NCBI GenBank assembly: GCA_951406725.2
Contig: OX597818.1
Span: 104,160,001 to 104,224,000, forward strand
Direction of reading: 5' to 3'
DNA: 64,000 bases
DNA from: Octopus vulgaris
Lineage: Eukaryota
Part shown: piece by piece, positions 30,936 to 44,523 of the stretch
How positions within the stretch are numbered: the stretch's first letter is position 1
Layout of the letters: each line of letters opens with the position of its first letter
Program-made: the position numbers and the translations under genes
Notes under the pieces: model-generated
The model's input: only the letters and a program-made list of their open reading frames with translations
What the model was told of the DNA's origin: nothing
The model's database searches: none

Positions 30936-33691
30936 TATGTGTGCACGTGTTTCTCCTTTATACTTTCATAAAGTGTTAAATTATTTTATGTAAAGATCGT
31001 ATATTACACTTTCTACGTGACTGCTCTTCGCACCGTTTACTCTTTTGTATATGACAGTATGACACGACACAAAATATTTTTTCGTTTTTTCTTTTTTAAT
31101 GGACAGTCGAGAAATTGCATCAAAGTAAATCGTGGATGATGATGAAAGAAGTACTCGTAAATGATGTAGCTATCTCCACCGAAGTTTATGTAAAAAAAAA
31201 TCCTTTTGCACTCTCCGGCATTTACGTTAGACAACAAATTAGTCGGATTAACATTTCTTCAGACTCTCAATAGGCCATGGATTTTTACTGGAGTTTTCTT
31301 CCCGTGTCCAACGCACCGATATCAACCCTTGAAAATTATGCTTAATGCTATATAAATTTCATTTTCAATCAATAATTATTAAGAAGTTTATATGTAATTT
31401 TGTTGAAGGAAAGTGGAAACACAGAGGTAAATCAAGTTTCATTTGGTGGGCCTAAATAAGCCGAAAACTATATTCAGAAAGCTAGACAAATCAGCAAATT
31501 TTGTTTATAAAATATTTAGCTACACCATATTACGCACATTTCATTAACAATGAACGAATATCAGTTACACAAGAATCTTATAAGTTGTATAAATATAAAT
31601 TTTATGAACTTTTATAAATTCTTCTTTTGCTCCTCTTTATACATACACTCGCAAATGTATACAAGTATACACACACAGATACACAGACACACACATACAC
31701 ACATACATACATACACACACACACACAAACACACACACACATATAAATATATATATATATATATTTATAAGTCCATAGTAAGTCTCTTCTAAGTAGGAAT
31801 GTACCTTCTTATTTTCTTATTGCTAAAATAAAATTCATTTTAATCTCATCTATTGTCTCTAGAATTAATCTGTCTTTCCGCAGGAACTTTCAGCGACCAC
31901 TTCTTGGATTCATATGAATGTCTTCTTTCTGTTTATGAGTGTCTTCCCATTTCTATATTTATCTGTTCTACTTTCTGATTCTCTATGTCGTGTTCTCATA
32001 CAAAATTTTGGATCGACTGGTGAAAAATTTTGATAAAAGCACGAACGAAATTAAAGCGTCACAGTTATATATAACTGGCCAAAGTGATGACGAATGATAT
32101 GCTTTTAGTAAGAGAGAAGCTCCCTTGGGGACATCCATATCTATTTAAATTTCTAAATACAAGACGGAGACACGCACATACACACAATTTTCATATGTAT
32201 ATAGGCATCATTTCATTAGATATGAAAGGGTTCAACCGAAGCCAGAAGACATCAGAAACAACGGTAAAGTACTTTATACATAAAAATGAATACACGTTCG
32301 TCGAGACTGTTTTCGCACCTCTTATCTTATTTTGTAACACATATCTATCATTTAATATCTCCTTATCTTCCTACCTGACCCTCATTTATACTTCTTCTTG
32401 ATCTAATCATTCATTACGCTGATTTCCTCTTATATTATCCCTCCATATCACACCATCTTTGAATTACTAATTATAGATGTATTTCTCTTTCTTCTCCATT
32501 CCACACTTTTACCTATATTTACTCTAATTATCTTCGCCGCTCTTGAACTTTCCTCAACTGAATTTAATAAAATAATTATTGTCGGAAACAAATCTCCTTT
32601 AATGGTGTCTCTGAGTTTTGCATTTGCTTCGTTTCATATTTCTCACCAACACGTCTCTCTTTCTTGTCTACATTGCTTTATTTCCTTCTCACTTATTCTC
32701 CACGTTACTTTCTTTTTTTCCCCCTACTTCTCTACTACCTCTCATTCGCCCTTCTTTCCTTTCTTCCTCCCTAACACCTTTCCTTTTCCTCGCATCTCGT
32801 GGTATTTATGCTCCGTTTCATTTCCTTCTTTCTTACGTTCTCCTTTCGATACTCTTATATTTATGCCAACGAGAAGTACTGGAAAAACAACTATTTATAA
32901 ATTAATATCATTGAAAGATTTTCAGAATCATACCATTTAATGATCAATTTCATTCGGCTTATTGTTCTCTAGCAATGAAGTAGTCTGACTAAACCAGTGA
33001 GTCTATAAAAGCTATTGACCAGGGCACTTACCTCATGAATGAAATGGAAACGTGAAAAGTAAATCAGAAGACTAAGAAATTCAATTCCTGCAAATCGTCT
33101 TATTCCATTAAGTTTCCCTAGGTCGAAATTGTTATAATAAGTAATTACATTGTACTGCTAACCTTGTATGCTTTGCAATTGACACGATCGCCGGAGACAT
33201 GTACAAAACATTCATTTCTATTACAAGTGAAAAACATTTTTGCTTACTTCCACTAACCCAACGGGATCGTGTAAACCGGTTGAGTCGATTAACATTGTTA
33301 GCGTAGCTTAGTTAACAACCAAATCAGTAATTAGGTTCCTACGTATCATGTAGAAGGTGCATTAGCAGCAAATGATTCATGTACATTTAGTAACTTGCCA
33401 CTAGTTTCAATTCTTATTCCCGGTAGTCACGAAACAATTAACTAACTAACTAACTCACTGATAAATGTTGCTTTAACGGAATACAATCAATGACTGAAAT
33501 GCTAACCAACGGCGAAACAGAAAATTCCACTTTAGTTAATAGAAGAGTAAACAGGAAGGGGAATTAAGCAGGAGGAATTTAATAAGAATCTTGTAAATTT
33601 GATAGAAAGTGTTTCCGCTGTTGGGTAATATAATTAATGCGTTTCACTAACGAAGAAAAGTTGAAGGCATATATTCTGTAATTCGTGATTT

Positions 33692-33756
<65 letters not shown>

Positions 33757-33983
33757 TACACACACACACATAAAAACACACATTCATATAATAGTATATA
33801 TTATTTTCTTTTCTGGTTTTGATTTTGTTTTGGTATTCTGCCTGCAACAGGCTTTTTCGATTCATTTATTTTGCTTAACGCTAAAGCTTACATATAGAGA
33901 AAAGAAGCAGAGAAGGAAAAAATATATGTATGAATTCTCTAATGCCGATGTGTGTGCGAGTATGTATATTTATGTCTGTGTAT

Positions 33984-34018
<35 letters not shown>

Positions 34019-34049
34019 TGTGTGTGTATATGTGTGTGTGTGTGTGCGT

Positions 34050-34204
34050 GGAAGCGTAGCGGCCCAGTGGCTAGGGCAGCGGACACGCGGTCAGAGGATC
34101 GCGGTTTCGATTCCCAGACCGGGCCTTGTGTGAGTTTATTGAGCGAAAACACGAGGCTCTGGCAGGGGGTGATGCTGACCCCTGTTGTACTCTTTCGCCA
34201 CAAC

Positions 34205-34235
<31 letters not shown>

Positions 34236-34325
34236 TTCTTCAGTAAGACTGCGATGGACTGGCGTCCTGTCCAGCTGGTGGGGGGGTGTACACATACGCC
34301 ACAGGAACTGAGAAACCGAGCCCAT
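34050..34325 (+). mobile_element. SINE family C head with a different 3' module
   Basis: Family C head to ~34240, then ctgcgatggactggcgtcctgtccag instead of the family C tail. Confidence 0.7.
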
Positions 34326-34398
34326 GACGTTTATCGTTTATGCGCGCGTGTGTGTGTATATGTATATTTATGTCTGTGCATGCGTGTGTGTTTTGTGA

Positions 34399-34451
<53 letters not shown>

Positions 34452-34550
34452 TATATAGGAACATATATATGAAGAGATACATACATAAATAGACCTACAC
34501 ATATATATACATATATATATACATATATATATGTATATATATATATATAT

Positions 34551-34602
<52 letters not shown>

Positions 34603-34882
34603 CATATATGAAGAAAGAAATATATGCGTACATATATACATTCACATATACATGTATATGGGTATGCGTGTATGGTGTATGTACGTATATGGAAACCATA
34701 TATTTTTAAGATTTCAGAAATATTTTACTTTACAATTATAAAGAGTGGAATGGAATGTAAGAGGGTACGATTCAATGATAGGACAAGAAAATAATTTTTA
34801 GAGCAAAATGAAGAAAAGAACGGCTGGAAGAAGAATATAAATACGGATCCTGAAATGTAGGAATCAGTAGTGAAAAATAAAT

Positions 34883-35330
34883 TGGCGCAGGCATGGCTGT
34901 GTGGCAAGTATCTTGCTTACCAACCACATAGTTCTGGGTTCAGTCCCACTGCGTGGCAACTTGAACCAGTGTCTTCTACTATAGCCCCAGGACGACCAAA
35001 GACTTCTGAGTGAATTTCTTAGACGGAAACTAAAAGAAGAACCGTCGTATATATATGTATGCATGTATGTAAATATGTATGTATGTAGGTAGGTATGTGT
35101 GTAAGTGTGTCTGTCTATATGCTTGTGTGTCTGTGTTTATCACCCCATCATCGCTTGACAACCGATGTTGGTGTGTTTACGTCACCATAACTTAGCGGTT
35201 CGGCAAAAGAAACCGATAGGATAAGCACCAGGCTCACAAAGAATAAGTCCTACGGTAGAATTGTTTAACTAAAGACGGTGCTCCACTTTGGCCGCAGTCA
35301 AATGGCAGAAACAAATACAAGAATAAAAGA
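34883..35330 (+). mobile_element. SINE family A, full length
   Basis: Colinear with 50521-50935. Confidence 0.88.
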
Positions 35331-35363
35331 ATATATATATATCTATTCTTTTAATCTTTTTAT

Positions 35364-35590
35364 TCTTTTACTCGTTTCTGTTATTTGACTGCAACCATGC
35401 TGGAGCATCGCCTTTCGTCGAACAAATTGACCCCAGGACTTAGTTTCTGTAATCATAGTACTTGTTCCATCCGTCTTTTTTGCCGAACCGCCCGGTAAAA
35501 CAGACCGATAAGTCCCGGGGTCGATTTGTTCGACTAAATGCGGTGCTCCAGCATGGCCTCAGCCAAATGACTGTAACAAATTAAAAGAAA
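35364..35590. mobile_element. Two SINE family A 3' halves joined in inverted orientation
   Basis: 35364-35490 is a minus-strand 3' half; 35494-35590 is a plus-strand 3' half. Confidence 0.75.
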
Positions 35591-35799
35591 GAATAAAAGA
35601 AAAAAAAACATTGTCAGCGAATATACTCGCATTATTAACACAGTAACACATACACACATATATACATGCTCATATGCATACTTTCTTGGCATAGATATAT
35701 ACATGTATCTTTGTATACAAGCGTACAATAACGCACACATGCATACATTTCTACATAGATAGATTAATGTATACATACATACATACATGCATGCATACA

Positions 35800-35927
35800 T
35801 ACATACCTACATACACACATACATACATACATACATACATACATACATACATACATACATACATACATACATACATACATACATACATACATACATACAT
35901 ACATACATACATACATACATACATACA
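35800..35927. repeat. (TACA)n microsatellite
   Basis: Direct inspection. Confidence 0.95.
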
Positions 35928-36290
35928 TGCATTACCTCCAGCAAAGCTTCCTTTCCTTTCGAAATTTCCAATTGGTATCTCTAAAACCTTTTCTTAATTT
36001 ATGGCGTATGCATATCTGTATGCGTTGGAGAATGTGTTTATGATAAAATACGAATGTGTGTGTCATTAAGGTTCTAAGTCTTCAATGAATGCATGTTTTT
36101 TTTTTCACCTATTCACAGTTATTCGAATAAATATATACGAAGTTTGATAATTGTATGTATACACTAGACACAAGTACGCACAGGTATACTTGCAAATATA
36201 CACGGCGTCAAACATACGTATACCTATAAATTCATGAATATGGGAACCCAATAATCTTAGAAAATCGATTAAAGTTGTTCATCACTTTAA

Positions 36291-36463
36291 AAGGCGCAGG
36301 AGGGGCTGTGTAGGCGTGGTAAGTAGCTTGCTTACCAACCACATGTTTCTGGGTTCAGTCCCACTGCGTGGCACCTTTGGTGAGTGTCTTCTACTATAGC
36401 CTCTGCCCGACCAAAGCTTTGTATGTAGATTTGGTAGACGGAAACTGAAAGAAGCCCGTCGTA

Positions 36464-36542
<79 letters not shown>

Positions 36543-36768
36543 GTGTATCTGTGTGTAAGTTTGTGTGTCTGTATTTGTCCCTCCAACATCGCTTGACAAC
36601 CCATGCTGGTGTGTTTGCGTCCATGTAACTAAGCGGTTTGGCAAAGGGACCAATAGAATAAGTACTGGGCTTACAAAGAATAATCCTGAGGTTGATTTGC
36701 TTGACTAAATGCGGTGCTCCAGCACGGCAGCAGTCAAATGATTAAACCAAGTAAAAGAGTAAGAGAGT
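36291..36768 (+). mobile_element. SINE family A, full length
   Basis: Colinear with 50521-50935. Confidence 0.88.
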
Positions 36769-36864
36769 ATATGTGCATGCTTATGTATATACACAAATAC
36801 ACTCATATGCACACAGGTATATATCCATATATACTCATGCGCATGTGCGTACATACATAACCGT

Positions 36865-37295
36865 TTCTACAATAGACACAAGGGCTGAGTTAGTCGATCA
36901 CATCGACCCCAGTAATTGACTCGTACTTAATTTATTGAAGCCGAATAATAAAAGGCATAGTCGACCTCGGCTGAATTTGAACTCACAATATAGGTACGGG
37001 CGAAATACTAATATAGCATATCGTCCAGCGTGCTAACGATTCTTTTCTAATCTAGGCACGTTTCTCATTTCTTTACGACCCACAAGGGGCTAAACACAGA
37101 GGGTACAAACAAGGACAGACAAACGGATTAACTCCATTGTATCGACCCCAGTGCATAACCGGTACTTATTTAATAGACCCCCCCGAGAGGATGAAAGGCA
37201 AAGTCGACCTCGGTGGAATTTGAACTCAGAACGTAACGGCAGACGAAATACCTATTTCTTTACTACCTACAAGGGGCTAAACACAGAGAGGACAA
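36865..37295 (-). mobile_element. SINE family B, head-to-tail cluster
   Basis: Two near-complete copies plus a repeated tail (tttcttta...aaggggctaaacacagag). Confidence 0.8.
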
Positions 37296-37339
37296 GCGTG
37301 TGTCTGCATGAATGCGTGTGTGTGTGCGTATGGGGTGTG

Positions 37340-37442
<103 letters not shown>

Positions 37443-37568
37443 TACTGAAAATGTTATATATATATATATATATATAACTTTATATATATATGAATATATA
37501 ATTGTGTGTATGTGTGTGTATGCGAGTGTTTGCGTGTGTCTGCATGAATGCGTGTGTGTGTGCGTATG

Positions 37569-37649
<81 letters not shown>

Positions 37650-38764
37650 TGAGTGTGTGTGCTTTCTGTGCAATATAAATGTAAATTGTACTGAATCGTT
37701 ATTTAGAATTATAAATCTCTTTATCAAAAATGAAACTATGCGGGAAAATACCATATAGGAGGGAGAAATCGTTATTTCTTTTGACGAAAATCTTGAACCG
37801 TTTAGACTATCCAGCTGCGAAAACCTTTTTGTTTTATTTCATATGTAACTATCTAGTTATGCATTATGTAATGTTTTATAGCAACGTAACTTGGGAAATA
37901 TGCAGTTCACGGCAACGTAATTTAAAATAGATTTTATAAGAAAAGAAAAAAAAATGTTACATCTTTCGACATAGAATCTCACTGGATCAATACAGTGGTT
38001 ATGTGGGTGTAAATAGTGAGATCAAACAGATTTATAATAAATTCTGCTGAGTACATGTCCGCAGCATCAAGGATAGGGTAGACCGTACTGTGAGACACGT
38101 GTATACGAACACAAATCTCTTATATATGAAAATGAATGTCTCCTAGATAAGAAGGAAAGATGTGTCATATAAACATCACATAGTAAACATGAGTTTGACA
38201 TAGATATATAGTAAACTTTCAGAAAAGATAATTCTCCGCTTGAATATACTATACAAAAATCAACAAAGGTAAAAAACGTGTAATCATGATTTCCGAACCG
38301 AATAGAGAAGCTATTAATACGACGACTATGATAGGGTAAAAAGCGTCGAAAATAAATATGCACGGCTTGAAAATTTCATGCTCCTTGAGATCTATGATTT
38401 GATAACACAATTTAGATAGGGAGTGAGGAAGCAGAGTGTGTTTACTATAAGCTACATAAACAGAGAAAAAGTGTAAGATATCAGTAGCGGAAAATTAGTT
38501 TTGTGCGGTGTTTGCATGTATTTAGATTTAGTTAGGAAGATGTAAACATACATTTGATCCAACCTGCCAAAAGAATTTCTGGTAGCTAAGGGGAAAGACA
38601 ATTTGGAAGTAAATACGGAGTGGACATACAGAAGAACACGTTCAAATCTGGAGGTTATAGATATACTCCTGATAGAACATGCTGTATGCAGGGTGTCATT
38701 TTGTGTGGGGTTTGTCTTTTTAATAAGCGTTTCAAATTTTCCCACCCAAGGGCAACAGTTTGAG

Positions 38765-39062
38765 TGAAGGAATGAGTCGATTACAGGGACCCCAGTGTTC
38801 GAGTCGTACTTATTTTATCGACCCCGAAAGAATAAAAGATAAAGTCGACCTCGGCGGAATAAAAGGGGCTAAACACAGAGAGGACAAACAAGGACAGAGA
38901 AACAGATTAACTCGATTATATCTACACCAGTGCGTAACTGGTACTTATTCAATCGACCCCGAAGGGATGAAAGGCAAAGTCGACCTCGGCGGAATTTGAA
39001 CTCGGAACGTAGGCAGACGAAATACCGCTAAGCATTTCTAATTACTCTGTCAACTCACCGTC
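38765..39062 (-). mobile_element. SINE family B, tandem partial copies
   Basis: aaagtcgacctcggcggaat occurs twice (~38841 and ~38976); another fragment lies at ~39520-39610. Confidence 0.8.
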
Positions 39063-39164
39063 GTTTTAATAATAATATTGCTTTCAAACTTTAGCACAAG
39101 GTTAGCAAACTTGGACGGGAGGAGTAAGTGGACCCCAACTTGTGCTTATTATATTGAAAGTGGA

Positions 39165-39492
39165 GGCGCGGTTTCGATTCCCACACCGGGGATTGTGAGT
39201 GTTTATTTAACGAAAACAGCCAAAACTCCACGAGGCTCCGGCAGGGTGGGGTGAACCCTGCTGTACTCTTTCACCACAACTTTCTCTCACTCTTTCCTCC
39301 TATTTGTGTTGCACCTGTATTTCAAGGGTCAGCCTTGTCACATTCTGTGTCACGCTGAATCTCCTCGAGAACTACGTTAAGGATACACGTGTCTGTGGTG
39401 TACTAGGCCACTTGCACGCGAATTTCACGAACAGGCCGTTCCGTTGATTGGATCAACTGGAACACTCGTCGTCGTAACCGACGGAGCGCCGT
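39165..39492 (+). mobile_element. SINE family C, 5'-truncated
   Basis: Colinear with 40288-40597. Confidence 0.8.
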
Positions 39493-39626
39493 GGCAATTA
39501 CATCGAAAACAAACGCATGGGACGTAAAGTCGACCTCAACGGAATTTGAACTGAGAACATAAAAACGAATGCTTCTAAGTATTTTGTCCGGCATCCTGAT
39601 AATTCTGCCTGATGATTACTACAACA

Positions 39627-39679
<53 letters not shown>

Positions 39680-39696
39680 AAGCAATAATACTAGTG

Positions 39697-39752
<56 letters not shown>

Positions 39753-39801
39753 CGTATTTTACCCCAATGTCACTTTGATGGCATGCACTACTCTCTCACA
39801 C

Positions 39802-39868
<67 letters not shown>

Positions 39869-40237
39869 TGATGATGATGATGATGATGATAATGATCATG
39901 ATGATCATGATGATCATGATGATGTAATTATTCTATATAGTGTTCAGCTGCGTCACAATGCTCAAGGGCAGAAAAACATATGAGAGAATGGAGTCTTGAC
40001 TAAGAACTTCAAAGCCGTATCTGATTAACATTACACTAAAAAGTGATTTTATGGGTAGACAAAGGAAGTGACTAATTCTTCATCATGAATAGGAAACATA
40101 TAAAAAAACAAACAAATGTGTAGAGGCGGAGAGGCATGAAAACTACTTTTCATGAAGAAAACCAAAATATTTCTTACACCGTTGGAGTTGATAGCAAAGC
40201 ATGCTACTGTATGTCCCACAAATATACTATTTAGTGT

Positions 40238-40597
40238 TGAGGCAAAATAGCCCAGTGTGTAGGGCAGCGGACTCGCGGCAGTGGGATCACGGGTTGCGAT
40301 TCCAACACCGAGCGTTGTGAGTGAGTGTTTATTGAGTGAAAACACCTAAAGCTCCACGAGGCTCCGGCGGAGGATGGTGGTGAACGCTGCTGTACTCTTT
40401 CACCATGACTTTCTCTCACTCTTTCTTCGTGTTTCTGTTGTACCTGTATTTCAAAAAGCCAACCTTGTCACACACTGTGTCATGCTACATTAAGAGTACA
40501 CGTTTTTGTGGAGTGATCAGCTACCTGCACATTAATTTCACGAGCAGGTCATCGGATCAAGTGGAACCCTCGGCGTCGTAACCGACGGAGTGCCACA
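40238..40597 (+). mobile_element. tRNA-derived SINE family C, full length
   Basis: Head tagcccagtgtg.tagggcagcggactcgcgg...ggttgcgattcc; body shared with 39165-39492 and 34050-34240. Confidence 0.8.
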
Positions 40598-40674
40598 ATA
40601 CTATATAGTATTACGAATCAGGACGTTTCGGAACAATTTCTTCAGGACGAACTGAAGACAATGACAGGCAAAGC

Positions 40675-40870
40675 AGGCCAGGCAAAGTCAACCTCGGCCG
40701 AATTTGAACTCAGAACGTAAAGACAGACGTAATACCGCTAAGCATTTCGCCAGGCGTGCTAGCGTTTCTTATTTCTTTACTGCGCAGAGGGGAAAAACAA
40801 GGACTGACAAACGGATTAAGTCGATTATATTGATCCCAGTGTGTAACTGTTAATTATTTAATCGACCACA
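40675..40870 (-). mobile_element. SINE family B, permuted tandem pieces
   Basis: A head half is followed by a tail half of the next unit. Confidence 0.75.
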
Positions 40871-40936
40871 AAACAACCTGTACATGTTTGTATGCATATA
40901 TCTATGTATATATATATCTATATATATATATATATA

Positions 40937-41112
40937 TTTATTATATAGAAGGAGCTTCTACAGGACTAGTACTGTTTATTCAAGAGAAATCTTCCTGAAG
41001 ATTTCTCTTGAATGAAACAGTATAGTCTGTAACTCCTTCTATATAATAAATTAATTTTACTCTGCTATATTGAGTACCTTACTTACTGTGGTTAACCCCG
41101 AATCAACCCGGG
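40937..41112 (+). mobile_element. Fold-back insert (~55-bp inverted arms) with hammerhead-like core, in (TA)n
   Basis: 40937-40994 is the reverse complement of 40997-41050. The right arm starts CUGAAGA UUUC-UCUU-GAAU GAAA CAG UA. Confidence 0.6.
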
Positions 41113-41192
<80 letters not shown>

Positions 41193-41197
41193 GTATG

Positions 41198-41263
<66 letters not shown>

Positions 41264-41748
41264 TCAAAATAAGCAACAAGGATGTCCAGAGGTAATGAAG
41301 TACGATCGTGTCATGCGACTCCATTTAATTGAACAATGCAAACATTACATCAATTTAAAATGCAGAGCAATCATCAGTTGCACAAAAAAACGTAATTACC
41401 TTATTTTAAATTGTATGGATTATAACATACTACATTCTGGTGTCTCAACTTAAGTACCATATTCATCTGAATCTCTCTATATATATTATATATTTTATAG
41501 CTAGTTATATTTTTCATAAAATAGGGTATATACAATTGCAGATCGTAAAATGTGCTTCTAAATTATCTTTTTTGATTGATTTATTTAATTTGTACAGTAA
41601 ACGTCAAACTAATAAAGTACGCCTTCTTATCATACTAAGAAGAAAAGTCCGTTTGTTATTATTTTATTTTTATTTTAAAAAACATTACGCACACGGTTGG
41701 CTTTAACAACTGTTTCTCCCTATATTTTTCTCTCCCCCCTCTCTCTCT

Positions 41749-41801
<53 letters not shown>

Positions 41802-41909
41802 CATACATACATACATACATACATACATAATTTGCTGCTATCGGCCCTGCGACCAGTTAGGAAACGCTTTTGAATCTAGATATAGAAGTTAGTTTCTTCT
41901 TCCTCTTTC

Positions 41910-41943
<34 letters not shown>

Positions 41944-41947
<4 letters not shown>

Positions 41948-42434
41948 CGTATTTTTGCCATTTCAATATGGCTAACCCCTAAGGGTGGATGCTACTGTAG
42001 TTTTTAGCCCCAGGAGGACACACTCCTCCAGATGGCCATAGACACACTATCTGTGTCCTGTCAGTATTTGCAAAGGGAAGTCATCCTTCCCGTCTTCAAC
42101 TTATGATACACACGGTCATGAGAGGACTGACTCGAGTTTCGAGGTATTGACCTCTCGTCAGCGTGTGACAATCATAGTTGTCGCCGAGAATTAGATTTCC
42201 TTCACAAATACTTATACTTTTTCCAGCGTCCACTGTCGCTGATATTGAAAAAGTGAAATCAAACAATGATAAATATCAGAGTGAGTTATATACAGTAGCG
42301 GTAACACATCGTGACGTATTTTTGCCATTTCAATATGGCTAACCCCTAAGGGTGGATGCTACTGTAGTTTTTAGCCCCAGGAGGACACACTCCTCCAGCT
42401 GGCCATAGACACACTATCTGTGTCCTGTCAGTAT
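41944..42434 (-). mobile_element. Non-coding hammerhead-bearing element: 367-bp monomer in partial tandem (retrozyme-like or PLE pseudo-LTR)
   Basis: 124-bp direct repeat at 41944-42067 and 42311-42434 (one mismatch); hammerhead in the intervening part; no ORF; (TA)n on both flanks. Confidence 0.75.
42126..42164 (-). ncRNA. Minimal type-I hammerhead ribozyme, intact core, weak stem I
   Basis: Minus strand reads ACG CUGACGA GAGGU-CAAU-ACCUC GAAA CUCGAG UC AGU: canonical core, G-C closed 5-bp stem II, palindromic stem III (ACUCGAGU), GUC triplet. The first stem-I pair is a G.A mismatch. Confidence 0.8.
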
Positions 42435-42483
42435 ATATATATATATATGCATACATATATATATATATACATACATAAATATA

Positions 42484-42553
<70 letters not shown>

Positions 42554-43096
42554 GGAAATGAAGAAAATGCTGACAAATAATTGAAGTAATTTAAGTAATT
42601 TAATTAGGTGAAAGTTCTTTTTACCGGTTGCGCATTTGTTATGCTTTTTGCTTGGTTTCGCGCCTAAAATTTTGATTGGTCATTATGAAGGGGTCACGTG
42701 AATGTTTGAATGGAAGTTGGTGTTGGGGTAAGAAAAAAGGCTCCAGAGAAGTTAAAATTTGGCTAGTGTCCCGCCTAAAATGTCTTATTGGCCATAATAA
42801 AGAGGTCACGTGAATGTTTAGAATTTTCGAAAATGGTGTTGTTGAAAATTCTTATTGTTCAGGCTGGTCAGTAGACGTCATGTGGATATTTTAAATAGCT
42901 TTTTAGCGCGTAGTTAGGGAGTGTATTTTCCGCTTGACTGGATAAGTAAGTTCGTTTAGAACAGGGAGAGCTGTATGTATGTATGTGTGTATGCGCGCGC
43001 GCGCGTGTGTGTTTATATGTATGTTGGGGCGCGCGCGTGTATATATATGTGTGCGTGTGTGGGTACAATTTTCAATATTTATAGTTCTACTGGCCT

Positions 43097-44523
43097 ACTC
43101 AAAAGGGTTTGCTGAACAAACCCTGCTAGTAACATTCGATGTAGTTAATCTTTACTCCAGCATCCCCCACAATCTAGGAATAGAAGCTATCCAATTCTGG
43201 CTGGATAATTACTCCAACGAACTCCCACACCGCATCAAAAAGGAATTTATTTTAGAAGGACTCAAATTCATCTTAGAGAATAATTTCTTCACCTTCAACA
43301 ACAAATTCTACAGACAGAAATCAGGGACGGCAATGGGAACGAAAACAGCTCCCACTTACGCCAACTTAGTCATGGGATACCTGGAAATCACCCTCTATAA
43401 TAACGTTCTTAACCAATTTGGCACCACTCTCCACACACACATAGAGAAGAACTGGAAGAGATATCTTGATGACTGCTTCATCCTTTGGCCCGAAACCGTC
43501 GAGAAGCTTAACGAATTTCACACTCTTATAAATGGGCTCAACACAAACATTATTTTCACAATGGAATACAGCCCTCAACAAATTCCCTTCCTCGACATCC
43601 TCATTAAAATTCACAACAAAAAAATAGAAACAGACATATACTACAAGCCCACAGACTCCAAGCAATACCTCCCTTTCAATTCATGCCACCCTAGACACGT
43701 TAAAATTAACATTCCCTACAACTTAGCCAAGAGAATTTGCACTATAGTCTCCAATAAAAACACCCGTCTCTTACGTCTACAAGAACTCAAGGGCACATTA
43801 ACAAGCAGGGATTACCCCACGTCACTAATTGACAATGGGATCCAACGCGCCCTAAAACTCAGCACGCAGGAACTTAGACGCCCTAAACCTGTTACATCGA
43901 AACCCCATACTCTACCATACATCTCTACACACAACCCCCTCAACAATGAAGCTTTTGACACCATCCTCCAGAACATTCCTGTATTACAAAAGGACCATAG
44001 AATGAACCAAATCCTCCTAACACACGAAATCATAAAGAGCAAAAGGCAACCCAAATCATTGAAAACCATCCTAACAAATGCCAAAGTACTGCCAACCACA
44101 ACAACTAAACCCACAGTAAACAAATGCAATAGACCCAACTGTGGTATATGCATCAACCTAATAGAAGGTCCGGAATTCCTTTTTAAACAAGGACAACGTT
44201 TCACAGTAAAACACAACTTCACATGCGCATCAGAAAACCTAGTATATGTCTTAACTTGCTCGGGCTGTAATGAACACTACATAGGCCAAACAAAAAATAG
44301 CCTCCGCCAACGCATGACTGTCCACAGATCCCAAATAAAAATACAGGAATATAGAAAAATAGCATTTAGTGCACATATTGATACCTGTGCCGCACAACTC
44401 CATCCCAATTTTAGAATCTTTCCCCTCTACAAATTTAAAGACAATGCCACTCATACCCAGCGAATAACCATGGAATCCCACCTTATTAATAAATACAGAC
44501 CACTTCTAAACACATGCCCCTAA
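43097..44523 (+). CDS. Penelope-like retroelement ORF, 5'-truncated: reverse transcriptase + Zn-finger linker + GIY-YIG endonuclease (Neptune-type architecture)
   Basis: Uninterrupted frame with PLE RT motifs LVTFDVVNLYSSIP, SGTAMGTKTAPTYANLVMG, RYLDDCF, PFLDI and YYKPTD; linker CNRPNCGIC; endonuclease NLVYVLTCSGCNEHYIGQT...R...H...E..LI...P.LN. The first ~40 aa of the ORF-track call come from the inverted arm and are not real coding sequence. Confidence 0.95.

Noticed and set aside
41944-42434. CRISPR-like array or TRIM/LTR element interpretation of the direct repeats
   Set aside because: Only two long repeats in eukaryotic DNA; no TG...CA termini, primer-binding site or polypurine tract seen.
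42979-43096. N-terminal ~40 aa of the 514-aa ORF as a genuine start
   Set aside because: This is the inverted copy of the 3' UTR, accidentally in frame; the true RT N-terminus is missing.
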